Positions 43,750 through 54,673 of a DNA stretch of 64,000 nt are shown here, piece after piece (the stretch's first letter is position 1; each line of letters starts with the position of its first letter). The notes beneath the pieces were generated by a model. The model was not told the origin of the DNA and did no database searches. It saw only the letters and a program-made list of their open reading frames with translations. The DNA comes from Selaginella moellendorffii (lineage: Eukaryota; Plantae; Lycopodiophyta): positions 620,001 through 684,000 of the forward strand of contig NW_003314280.1 of the NCBI RefSeq assembly GCF_000143415.4, read 5' to 3'. The position numbers and the translations under genes are program-made.

Positions 43750-46700
43750 TTGTCTAAGAATGTTCTTGCTTTTTAAGTCAGAATATTTCAACAACGTCTA
43801 AATGATGTCATTAGAAGGCATGTGCTGTGAGCATTAGGTGCCAGGTTATGACATTCCTGTGGGAGATTCAATGAGTAAACTTTCTTGCATTGGCAGTGTT
43901 TTGCGAAGAGATCATCTTTCTAGTTATTTGAAGAGCCATTTGCAAAACTCGCGTAACCACATAGTGTCAATATTGGTTCCCTTTACAATTCGAGTTAGGT
44001 CTTCATGATCAAAAAGTTCTTTTCAACGTATCAATCTGGGGGCATTACTGTTCCTTTAATAGAATTGATATCAACTTTATTTTTTGAATTTGAATCCCAT
44101 TTGAATTGGACTTTAAATCCCACCTTTAAATACAATATACGTTTGTAAACTTGATGAGGGGTGTACAAATCTTATAGGTGGTGGTTAAAATATAGAGTTG
44201 GACAGTCATCTCTACTTTGATGGAGATATATATTACAAAATGACTAGAAAATTCAGTAAACATGGTTTGACAATTGAAGTGCTTGTGGGAAATTAGATAA
44301 TTATTCAATTAAACTTTTTTGCCATTTTGTAACATGTTCCATCAAAATCCATTATAGATGACTGTCCATCTTCATGTTATTTAAATTTGGATAGTCATCT
44401 CTACTTTTGGAGATACCCATGTTATAAAACGGCTAGTAAACATGGTTTGAGAACAGAAGTTAATTATCTCAAAACCTTATCAAAAATTAAATAATAATTC
44501 TATTTTTGGTAAGTTATTTAGGTTTATTCCAGGATATTTCTTAATCTAATAACTATGATTTTGTACCCCTAAAATTTCTCTAATTAATTTGTAATCAATT
44601 TTAAATTTTAATCTTCTGTACTTATACTAATTTAAATCATGTTAACAAAATTGGATTGATCGCTGTGAGCAACATTGGTTTCCACCTCTCCCCACCCTAA
44701 GCCAAGAAGGAAGTGGTGGGGTTTCCCAAACCACCACACTCACTACACTCTCTATAAAAACTATGCATAAAGAATAAAAATTAAAATCTTAGGCTAATGA
44801 TTTTTCATTCTTGTGTTTTTCTAAGAAAGTGGCAACTCATTATTTCCATATAATAAAATTAATTATTTTATAATGCAAGATATAGGATAATACGGTGTCA
44901 ATCTTCACTATCTTCTTGTTTAAAGCTCAATAATCAATGCACATCCATATTGAACCTTTTTTTTTTTTACAAGAAAAATAAGAGCACCAAAAGAAGATTT
45001 ATTAGGCTTGATAAACCCATAGAAATAAAGAAAAATAAAGAAAGAAGAAAGAAAAATATAAAAGAGAAAAGAGAGAGTGAGGCTAAAATCTAAATAAAAT
45101 GGATCCCAACCTATATAACTTTATACTATAATTACCTTTTGGCAATTTAAATGAAATAAGAGAAGAGAGGATGCACTAGTTAAGGATGTAAGTGGGTGAA
45201 TGAAAGGTGAGAAAATTGCTTAATCAATGATATAATGTGTAATTTATAAAAGTGTGAAAGGTAATGCATGAAATTTTATTCAGAGCATATGTAAAATTTC
45301 TATAAATCTATGTAGGACAACCACCTTCATGCCAATACTAATGGCCCCTCTCATGGCCTGGATGAGGCCATCTATAGTCTCATAAACCCAATGTTCTAGC
45401 ATATCAGTAAAATATTCCTTAAAGCACTACATTATTATCCTTTATAATTGATCTTTAGACAACACTATAAGAAGTATGCATCCCTTTCTCGTGCCATTAC
45501 TAAAGCTAGATGTCTTGACATGCAAAGGGTTAATCCTTGAAGCAAATATCATTTCCTTCTTAATTTTTTCTAGCTTAAACTGTCTATTGGCTTAGTTGAT
45601 GGACTTTTTCTAAGCAACCTCCCAAGCTCTAGAAAAAATTTGTGACATGAATGGTTGAATCTCAAAACCATTATGATGGGAGCTCAAAATAGAACTTGAG
45701 GATCACAACCATGATCTTGTGTTTCCTCAAATACAATGGGGATCATTTCTCTTCAAACACCAATATTTCCTCCTCACTGCCTAAGACCAAGAATTAAGTG
45801 GCTCTACTCAAATGAATTGAGGAGTGGGAGCAGAAACTCCTCAACAGATCTTGATATAAATTTATAAAAAAGACTATAGTAGAAGATTACTTTGATCAGT
45901 AGTGCCTAAGATCCTAATATGTTTGGTTAGAGTTCTTGGGAAGAATGTGATAATTTACAGAGCTTCACTTGCTCTATAAAATTAAAAGCTCTAAAGTGGC
46001 CTTTTCTTCACATGTCCCAAGCTCCCCTAGGTAAAATCCCTTTTAAAGAATGAATCAGATAAATGGCTCTACCATCATCAAATAATTACTAATAGATTTT
46101 TGCCAAATGTCCAATTTATCATTTGTAAATTTTACATATGACTTTTTCATGCTTTGTAAATTGCCTGCCACAAATGACCAAAACTTTTAAAGAGTCACAA
46201 ACAACCAGCTATATAGTCTCTATAATAGTATCAAAGAAAAGGTGGTGGATTATCTACACAAAAAATTACCACTTACTAAAAAAGGTAGAATGGGATTGAA
46301 GCCACTCTATTAGAAGGACTTAGATGCCTCCTTATAGAAGGCCTAACTAGCCACTAAAAGTCTTAATTTACCACTAAGTTGAAATTGACGTGTTGATCTA
46401 ATCAAAACTGTAACATGTAAATGATAATGGAAATTGTTGAGGCCAACTATAATATTATGGAAAAACATGGAGTGGCATTTATGGGCAACACTGTAAAAAA
46501 TGATTAAAGCAATAATATTGATTATAAATGATAAAAAAGAATGCTGTGAGGAAAGTAGTAAGAGTGATAAGAGGTAAGAATTAAAACCCTAAACATGATC
46601 AAGAAAACTCAAAACTTACAGTTTGTTGAGATAAAATAGTATGAGGCTGAGAACCATAGTCTAAGAACACTCTTATAGCTATATAACCTGAAAAGAGAAA

Positions 46701-47700
46701 CATATAAATAAGATGAGAAGACTAAAACATAAAAAGAAAAAGAAGAAAAATAAAAATTAATAAAAAGAAAAAGAAGAAAAATAAAAATTAATAAAAAAAG
46801 AAAAAGATGCTTAATGCCAGAATGGCTTGAGGTGATAATAGTGCATAGAAAAGATTATATCCTACCTGGAAGAGCATTGTTGCAAGTGTGGCAAAAGCAT
46901 GCATAAATCACTTTTACCAGCTTCATCACTATGAAGCCGAAAGAAAAAAGAAATATATGCATTAGCTGGTACTGATGTGAATGACTAAGTCTTAGTGACT
47001 AGAAAAAAATTCTACTTCATGTTGAGACAACAAAAAAATGGTTGCTCTTCAAAATTGCCACCTTATAAAATATTTACTTACAGCAACTCAAAATTCACAT
47101 GAAATATGTCTAATATCTCAATCAATAGACACAAAGTGTGTAGAAAAGTATCTTGAAAGCTGCCATAGAGATATAGTGCAAAAATAATTGATAGAAAATT
47201 TGTTATAAGAGAAGACTTGTTTATGAAACCAAATACTAAGAAACAAAATCCAAAGTTTTTAATTTTCTCTAAAGCCTCCTTGAAGTTAATATGAAACTCT
47301 TTATTCTCCTTTGTAAAAGTGAAAACATGGCTAAATCAACTAACACCTCCAACTACTTCACTTGTAGACTTTAAAGGATCTTTGCTATAACTTCTGACAG
47401 ATTGATCCTGACTAGATTTTGAGAACATGACTTGACATGGGAGTCTGAAAATCTTGTTTAGTTAGATTGCAAAAAAATAACACCATTACAATCTACCATC
47501 TTAGTCTCTAGCAACTATGTAGGTGATAGAATCTCTCAGTCTAGTAGAGGATTCAAATGAACATAAAGCTTTAAAATGAAACTTTTGGAATCATGAAAGT
47601 GAAAAGAGATTAATAATTCTAAATGGTTCTATTGAAAATGAATGGAATAGGATATCCAGCTTGTGTAATAATTTAAACAATCTCAAAGAAGATATCGCAA
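43750..47700. mobile_element. AT-rich, CpG-depleted block of decayed retroelement sequence (possible LINE RT traces at about 45700-46000, - strand)
   Basis: No long ORFs; contains the gypsy RT relic and weak LINE-like DLR../FYKFISR traces; local repeats 44198-44280 vs 44387-44460 and an A-rich tandem at about 46730-46800. Confidence 0.55.
44890..45020 (-). mobile_element. Ty3/gypsy reverse transcriptase relic
   Basis: Reads approximately GFIKPNKSSFGALIFLVKKKKGSIWMCIDY*ALNK, matching the gypsy RT N-terminal motif. Confidence 0.8.
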
Positions 47701-47710
47701 ATAAATCCTA

Positions 47711-48007
47711 TATGAGATCCACACCTTCTTGAGTTTGGCTTCTCACGCTGCAGCTTGCGTCTCTGTCGTCCAAAACAACTGGCTTCTTCCAGAGTTACGT
47801 TGGATTTGTCTTAACTCTTACCAGGTTTTAATTCTCTCGAGACATACTGTGGACCTCAGCTTCTCAAAAGAACCAAAGCAAGCTAAGTGGCGAGAGTATA
47901 CACTCTTGATGGAATCAGTGGCCACAATGCTGGATTTGTCGCCGGCGGCGGAATGCGCAGGGATGGGGAGAAGGATAGAGCATCCGCGCCACACGCGAGC
48001 AACACGA
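47711..48007 (-). pseudogene. Deleted uricase relic with an internal inversion
   Basis: 47711-47725 matches intron 4; about 47726-47877 matches intron 2 to exon 4 in inverted orientation (GCTTGCGTCTCT.TCGTCCAAAACAACTGG, GGACCTCAGCTT); 47888-48007 matches exon 2/exon 1. Confidence 0.88.
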
Positions 48008-48023
48008 TCAAAACCCCTAAAAC

Positions 48024-49319
48024 ATGGGGCATCTCAGTGTGACTGTCTTGGCCCAGCAGCCATCGAAAGTGGCGATGCTGCCCACAAAGTCTGGGTTCGT
48101 GGCCAGGCGATCGCTGTTGATGGGCTCTCTCGCAATGCTCCAAGTGGCGAACCCACGACGCGCATTGGGGAGAAACGCGAGAGACAATCACGATGAGGAC
48201 CTAGAGTTTGAGATGAGAACCATGCAGCTGTTTGAGGTAGCCTATCTTCTTTCTTGATCTTCCTTATGTATTGACAAGGATGTTTCTAGCAATTCCAATG
48301 CGTAGAGCACAACGCGCTCAGTCGTCGCGATCCAAGATTTGGACCTCTCGAGCAATGTCGCAGCAGTGGACATGGACGATGGTGAGATCCAAGGCATTGG
48401 CTCCGGATTTGTGTGGGATCGATTCGGCCACATTGTGACAAATTATCACGTTATCTCGAAGATAGCCAAGGATACGAGCGGCAAGAAACAGATAAAGGTC
48501 TCGTTCTTTTTTCCTTCTTTTGTGGCTACAAAGTCGTGTATGATCGATCACAGGTGGTATTGCTGGGTTTGAATGGAGACGTCGATTCTTACAATGCAGC
48601 TATCATCGGTCTCGATGCTTCTCGTGATCTCGCAGTTCTCAAGGTACAGGAAAATCTTTTCCGCTGGTTGTTTACATTCTTCTTTTCTTTGGTGTTTAAG
48701 ATTGAAGTTCCAGAATCCAGTGTATTGCGTCCAGCAGTGATAGGAAGCTCCAAAGATCTTAGAGTCGGCCAAAATTGCTACGCGATAGGAAATCCTTACG
48801 GATACGAGCACATCCTCACTACTGGAGTACGTAAAAACTTCTCTTTTCTTGCTTCACGTAGCTTTGTTCTTCGCAGGTAGTCAGTGGATTGTGCAGACAA
48901 ATTCCTTCACCCTCTGGCAAACCGATCTTCGGTGCCATACAAACTGATGCATCGATAAATGCGGGTATAATACATCGAGTGATTAGCTTTGGAAGAACTG
49001 GAACTAAAAAGACGATCTTGCAGGGAACTCTGGAGGACCATTGCTCGATTCATTCGGACGAGTCATCGGTATCAACACCGCAACCTTCACCCGGCGAGGT
49101 AGGCATACTTTTCTTTCTCATTCTCACACGATGATAAACATTGAAAAAACATTCTCTCAAATTCCAGGCTCGGGAACGTCCTCCGGTGTGAATTTCGCAG
49201 TGGCGATCGATCTGGTGAGGCAAGTCGTGCCCCATTTGATCGTGGAAGGCGCGGTGAGCTCTAGCAGATCAGTGGAGAGAGGTGTTCTTGGGCCTCCCAG
49301 ATACCTCTCGCTTCCATGA
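48024..49319 (+). CDS. DEG5: Thylakoid-lumen Deg protease without PDZ domain, multi-exon
   Basis: Twin-Arg signal ARRSLL; [35 protein letters not shown]|NSGGPL, GVNFAV; no PDZ domain. Confidence 0.9.
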
Positions 49320-49344
49320 AAAAATTCCAAGTCCTATAGACGCA

Positions 49345-49369
49345 AAACCCTAAGAACTAGGGTTTAGGG
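49345..49369. promoter_or_regulatory. Inverted pair of telo-boxes upstream of the L12-like ORF
   Basis: AAACCCTA-agaac-TAGGGTTT followed by AGGG, about 20 nt before ATG 49385. Telo-boxes are typical of plant translation-machinery genes. Confidence 0.6.
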
Positions 49370-49384
49370 CTTTTGGGGTTCTCG

Positions 49385-50374
49385 ATGATGAGGCGCGCGT
49401 GGAGGAATCGCTGCCCCGCCCGGCGCTGCTACGAGAATGGAGGTATTCCTTCCAGGTCCTTGCACGGCGCGGCGAGGCGCGGCCCCTACGATGATGGCGG
49501 CGGCGTCGACGCGGCCCCGGCGCCATCGGCTAAGGTGCTCAAGATCGTCGAGGACATCGCCAATCTCACACTGCTCGAGGCGGCCGACATGTCGCTGCTG
49601 CTCAAGAAGAGGCTGCGCATCCAAAACGTGCCCGTCATGTCCATGGGGATGAATGTGATGCACGATATGTGGTATGATCCTTTGCCGCTCCCCGCCGCCG
49701 GTCCTCCGCCGCCTCCTCTTCCGCGGCGTTCCCTCGGCGGCAGCCAGAGGATTCTTCCGGAAGAGATCCATCTCCAGCACGGGCTCTTGCGCAGTCCAAG
49801 TGGTGCCGCCGCCACCGCCGCGAGCTCCTCCTCCTCCCGGTCGGTCCATGCGGCGATCAGCGAGAGTGACAAGTATCTCTATCAGCTCCCCTCGGCGTCG
49901 TCGGACACGGACTCCTACGACAACGAGCTGGACGATCGCGACCACGATCGCGACGTCGATCGCGACGACGACGACAAGTTCGGCACCGGCGTGGAAGAAG
50001 AGGATCGTTGGGACGATGACGAGGTGACAATGCCTGGAGCGAAGAGTCTGAGCAAGGCGCAAGGTGATGGAGCACAGACTGTTGCTGCAGCAAAGAAGGC
50101 CGCGACGCCGACGAAGAAGAAGGCTCCAGCGGCGAAAGCCACAGCGAGCAATGGAGCTCCCGATGGATCGCCCGCTCCCGCGGCCGTCATCAAGAAGAGA
50201 GGTGGCCGGAGACCGAAGGCCAACGAGGGAGCTGTGCCGTCTTTCACAGCGCCAGCGCCGGACCCCCCGCCGCCTGCGAAGAAACCAGCGGTGGCGACGA
50301 AAGCAAAGGCGAGAGCTTCGACCACTACAACCAAAGCCAAACCAGCTGCTGCCGCTGCAAAGGCTGCTGCGTGA
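49385..50374 (+). CDS. Ribosomal L7/L12 N-terminal-domain protein with an acidic tract and Lys/Ala/Pro-rich tail, 329 aa, intronless
   Basis: Arg-rich presequence; PSAKVLKIVEDIANLTLLEAADMSLLLKKRL..PVM; no L12 C-terminal domain; D/E tract; AKKAATPTKKKAPAAK-type tail. Confidence 0.75.
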   Translation: MMRRAWRNRCPARRCYENGGIPSRSLHGAARRGPYDDGGGVDAAPAPSAKVLKIVEDIANLTLLEAADMSLLLKKRLRIQNVPVMSMGMNVMHDMWYDPLPLPAAGPPPPPLPRRSLGGSQRILPEEIHLQHGLLRSPSGAAATAASSSSSRSVHAAISESDKYLYQLPSASSDTDSYDNELDDRDHDRDVDRDDDDKFGTGVEEEDRWDDDEVTMPGAKSLSKAQGDGAQTVAAAKKAATPTKKKAPAAKATASNGAPDGSPAPAAVIKKRGGRRPKANEGAVPSFTAPAPDPPPPAKKPAVATKAKARASTTTTKAKPAAAAAKAAA

Positions 50375-51652
50375 GATCGATCGATCGATCGATCGAGCAG
50401 GACGAAGGGAATCACAAGAGCTGATGAAACAACAAACTCTCAAAGGAACTTCCGACACACAGGTTCCAAAATCGTATCGTCGTTTATCTTCGTTTTTTTC
50501 GCTTTGCTTTGGTCCACTTTCAGGGAATGAAGAGGCACAAAGTCTCTTCACCTTTTTGCTTTCTTGGAAGCTCCTCTAAAGTTTGACAACAGGGATTCTT
50601 CCTTCAAGCTTGCCAAAAGAAGAGTACTTTTGCAAAAGATAACTCTCGTGCAAGTTTATAATCTAGTGTCAACTTTTGGCAATTGCCCTTTCCCGGCATG
50701 TGGCGCTACAAGAGAATTCCGCTCCATTCCAACTCACGCCTGTAAGGCCACAGCCTTATAAAACTATTCCCGATGATGAAAAGGAGGAGAAAAGAATGGA
50801 CCAAAATTCAAAGATAATCGCTTTGGTTCTCCATGATCATCGCAACATGCCTGACCAAAATTATACCTTGCGTGGAGTGTGGCGCATTCCATCCCACCAA
50901 TGTAATCAATCATGGGATACCACGAGATTTCTAAATGCTATAGTTTCACTATCAATCTAAACATCACATGGTTTGCTTGCTTCACGCTACATCCCAGCCG
51001 TCGATTCCAGAAGCCCACCAAACGCTTTTAACACCTTGTCGTCGTTACCCTTTTTGTACGCACTCATTAACATGGACGTTAGGCGCATATGCCGCGATAT
51101 ATTCTCCGCCGCAAGATCCCATTGACGGCGCTGGGCATATTCCGTGTGTGTGGTTTAGTGCTCGTGAGAGGGGGAGGACCACGCGCGCCCTGCCCGCGAG
51201 CACCCGCCGGGACCGAGACGATGATGAGCGCTGCGCTGCCAGGTATGATCTCTGCTCAATCTGGCGCTGGCTCCAGCTCCACTAGCCGCGCTGGAGCGAT
51301 TTCCAGCAATGCCTAGGTCTCCCAGCGTCGATTCTTGCTGCTCTTGGGATATTTCATCGCCGGCCAATGCGCCGGAGCTGCGCAAATTGCCCCGGAGCTC
51401 GGGATTTTTCTCTGTTGTCTGGCTGGACCTTTGGGAGGCTTGTGTGGAATCGTGTGAGCATTGCAATGCCTTTCGTGTGAACGAGAGATTTCTTGCAAGC
51501 CAGTTCTAGGTAGTTTTTCCATCGTTTTTCATCCTCTGCTGGATCTTGACCTTCGTTATTTTTTTGTCATTGCATAGAGAGAAGAACTGGCAACTGGCAC
51601 AAAGTGGTGATCCCAATGCGCTGCGCTTAACACGAGGAGGACGAAGAATAAG

Positions 51653-53610
51653 ATGGAGAGAAATCGCTGCGCACTTCTAATCGTCCTGGCAGTTCTGGCA
51701 ATGCCCGGTGGTGGTAACGCGGACGATAAAGACGCGCTCATGGCATTCAAGGCTTCGGCAGATGTGTCGAACAGGCTAACGAGCTGGGGGAACGGAGATC
51801 CTTGCAGCGGCAATTGGACTGGTGTAAAGTGCGTGCAAGGACGGATTCGCTATCTCATCCTCGAAGGCTTGGAGCTGGCCGGATCAATGCAAGCGCTCAC
51901 CGCACTCCAGGACCTCCGCATTGTCAGCCTCAAGGGGAACTCTCTCAACGGCACTCTTCCGGATCTCACGAACTGGAGATACTTGTGGAGCTTGTATCTT
52001 CACCACAACGACTTTAGCGGCGAGCTTCCACCCAGCCTGTCCAACCTCGTACATCTTTGGCGGCTCAATCTCTCCTTCAACGACTTCTCGGGACAGATAC
52101 CACCATGGATCAACTCGTCGCGGCGGTTGCTCACTTTGAGGCTCGAGAACAACCAGTTCTCGGGGGCTATTCCGGATCTCCGGCTCGTCAACCTCACGGA
52201 GTTTAACGTTGCCAACAACAGGCTGAGTGGAGAGATCCCACCGTCGCTCAGGAACTTCTCAGGCACTGCGTTTCTGGGGAATCCATTCTTATGTGGTGGC
52301 CCTCTGGCGGCATGCACGGTGATACCCGCGACACCGGCACCTTCTCCGGCAGTGGAGAATATAATCCCGGCCACACCGACGTCCAGACCAAACGAGGGAA
52401 GAAGAACGAGGAGCCGACTTGGGACAGGGGCCATCATCGCCATTGTCGTTGGTGATGCGGCGGTTCTCGCCTTGATCGCTCTGGTTTTCCTGTTTTTCTA
52501 CTGGAAACGCTACCAACGCATGGCGGTGCCTTCTCCAAAGACCATCGACGAGAAAACGGATTTTCCAGCGTCACAATACTCGGCTCAGGTGCCGGAAGCG
52601 GAGAGAAGCAAGCTGGTATTTGTCGACTCCAAAGCCGTGGGCTTCGACCTGGAAGATCTCCTGCGAGCTTCTGCCGAGATGCTGGGAAAAGGAAGCTTTG
52701 GAACGGCATACAAGGCTGTGCTCGAGGACGGAACAATAGTTGCGGTGAAGCGGCTCAAGGACATTACAATATCTGGAAGGAAAGAGTTTGAGCAACATAT
52801 GGAGTTGATCGCAAAGTTTCGACACCCCAACGTGGTTAAGCTCATCGCATACTATTACGCCAAGGAAGAAAAGCTCCTGGTGTACGACTTCATGCCCAAC
52901 GGGAACCTCTACACACTTCTTCACGGTAAGTTTGTCGCTGTTTACAAATTCCTAGCTCATCGACTGCTCTTGCAGGTAACAGAGGTCCCGGAAGGAAACC
53001 CCTGGACTGGACAACGCGCGTTAAGATCGCTCTGGGTGCGGCTAAGGGCCTGGCCTTCATACACCGTCAGCCTGGCGCTCAAAAAATACCGCACGGAAAC
53101 ATCAAGTCTTCGAACGTGCTGCTCGACAAAGATGGCAACGCTTGCATTGCAGACTTCGGCCTAGCGCTGCTCATGAACACGGCAGCGGCTTCTCGTCTAG
53201 TAGGCTACAGAGCTCCCGAGCACGCAGAGTCAAAGAAGATATCTTTCAAGGGGGACGTCTACAGCTTCGGGGTCTTGCTCTTGGAGCTCCTAACTGGGAA
53301 GGCACCGGCACAGTCACATACTACGCAGGGGGAGAACATCGATCTTCCACGCTGGGTACAGTCCGTGGTTCGGGAGGAGTGGACTGCCGAAGTCTTCGAC
53401 ATCGAGCTCATGAAATACAAGAACATCGAAGAGGAGATGGTGGCCATGCTACAGGTTGGGATGGTTTGCGTCTCGCAGTCGCCGGACGATCGGCCAAAGA
53501 TGAGCCAGGTTGTGAAGATGATCGAGGATATAAGAGCCGATCAATCTCCAGTGGCCGGGGACTCGACTTCGCAGTCACGCTCTGGATCTCCCTCGGACGC
53601 AAGCCATTGA
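51653..53610 (+). CDS. LRR-III receptor-like kinase (PXC1-like, atypical HGN catalytic loop), 2 exons
   Basis: Signal peptide, 5 LRRs, [19 protein letters not shown], intron about 52926-52975, [27 protein letters not shown]. Confidence 0.95.
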
Positions 53611-54163
53611 CTGGATGAAACATTTATTTCTACTATACTGGTACGTTTTTCTCATTGTTTTTCTACTTTGGAAGTCCTGATCTCTTCTCTTCGCTGGCGC
53701 AGGGTTCTCTGCGACTTATTCATTCGTGGAAGCTCTGCTAAGTGCATTACATCTATTCACAGGAAAGTCTCAATAACAGATTGGGCTCTCATTATTTCTC
53801 CAGCTTATATTGACAGAGCTTCGCTATAAACTTCCAAGTAAACGAATCCAAATGGATTTTTTGTTTCTGATTTGGTTGCTATTACTCTCGAGTTTCTCCA
53901 GCGCAGATCACTGTCTCTTAAAAACGCATGGCGCGAGTCCTTTCCACCCAGGCAAGGAAGAATTTATTTTTTCCTCGCAGAAAAAGAGATAGCCTAGCTA
54001 ACCAGCCGAGTCGAGCCAAGCCGACTTTTCCTTTTTCTGTGCCAGCAGCTAGCTGATGTGCTGAAAACAACACCCCCCAAGAAAAAAGCAAAAAAAACCA
54101 AATGGAGATGATTTCGACACGAAGTTCCTTGCTTGGCTTTCACTTGGACTGACTGGACTAGTG

Positions 54164-54673
54164 AGTCAACGCCGGGGCTGACTAAGGCCGTGGACTGACT
54201 AAGTTGACTAGAATTGACTGATCTCACTTTTATACGAGTCGAGCTATCTTTAGACTTTACAGCAACGCACAATTGAATCCCCGCCACCTTTGGACAAAGA
54301 AACAATATTCAGATTCTAAGTTTCTTGTCATTTACTTGTATTTACACTAATTCCAAGGCCCGATAATATTGCAGGCATTTTCTTGGTTTGGCAAAGTCAT
54401 CAGGAGTAGCAAAACTAGCTCACGAATTGGTCAGAGCAGCACGAACCAAAGATCGATCAATTTGACTACATTTTCCCAGCCAAAGGACCACCACCATGAA
54501 AATGAAAATTGAAAAAGCCAAGATTCTTTTTTGTCTCCTTTTTTATAAATATATATTTTGACAAGACAGACTGATTGGTTTGATTCCTCTCGGAACAAGA
54601 AACTACAACTTTGACGGCACGACCGGTCAACGTGCAGTGGAACCGGATGGTTGACTGGCTTAACACTGGTCAA
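54164..54673. promoter_or_regulatory. Upstream W-box cluster
   Basis: TTGAC(C/T) on either strand at 54164, 54204, 54214, 54462, 54625, 54651, 54668. Confidence 0.6.

Noticed and set aside
17661-49319. Possible metabolic or photosynthesis gene cluster (TSA, PsbR, RAF2, uricase, DEG5)
   Set aside because: The functions are unrelated and interspersed with other genes; there is no pathway logic.
53092-53115. Missing catalytic Asp (HGN) in the LRR-RLK
   Set aside because: A normal feature of LRR-III atypical kinases.
54144-54160. TTGGACTGA resembling the 5' end of miR319
   Set aside because: The match stops after 9 nt, there is no precursor hairpin, and it lies within a GACT-rich stretch.
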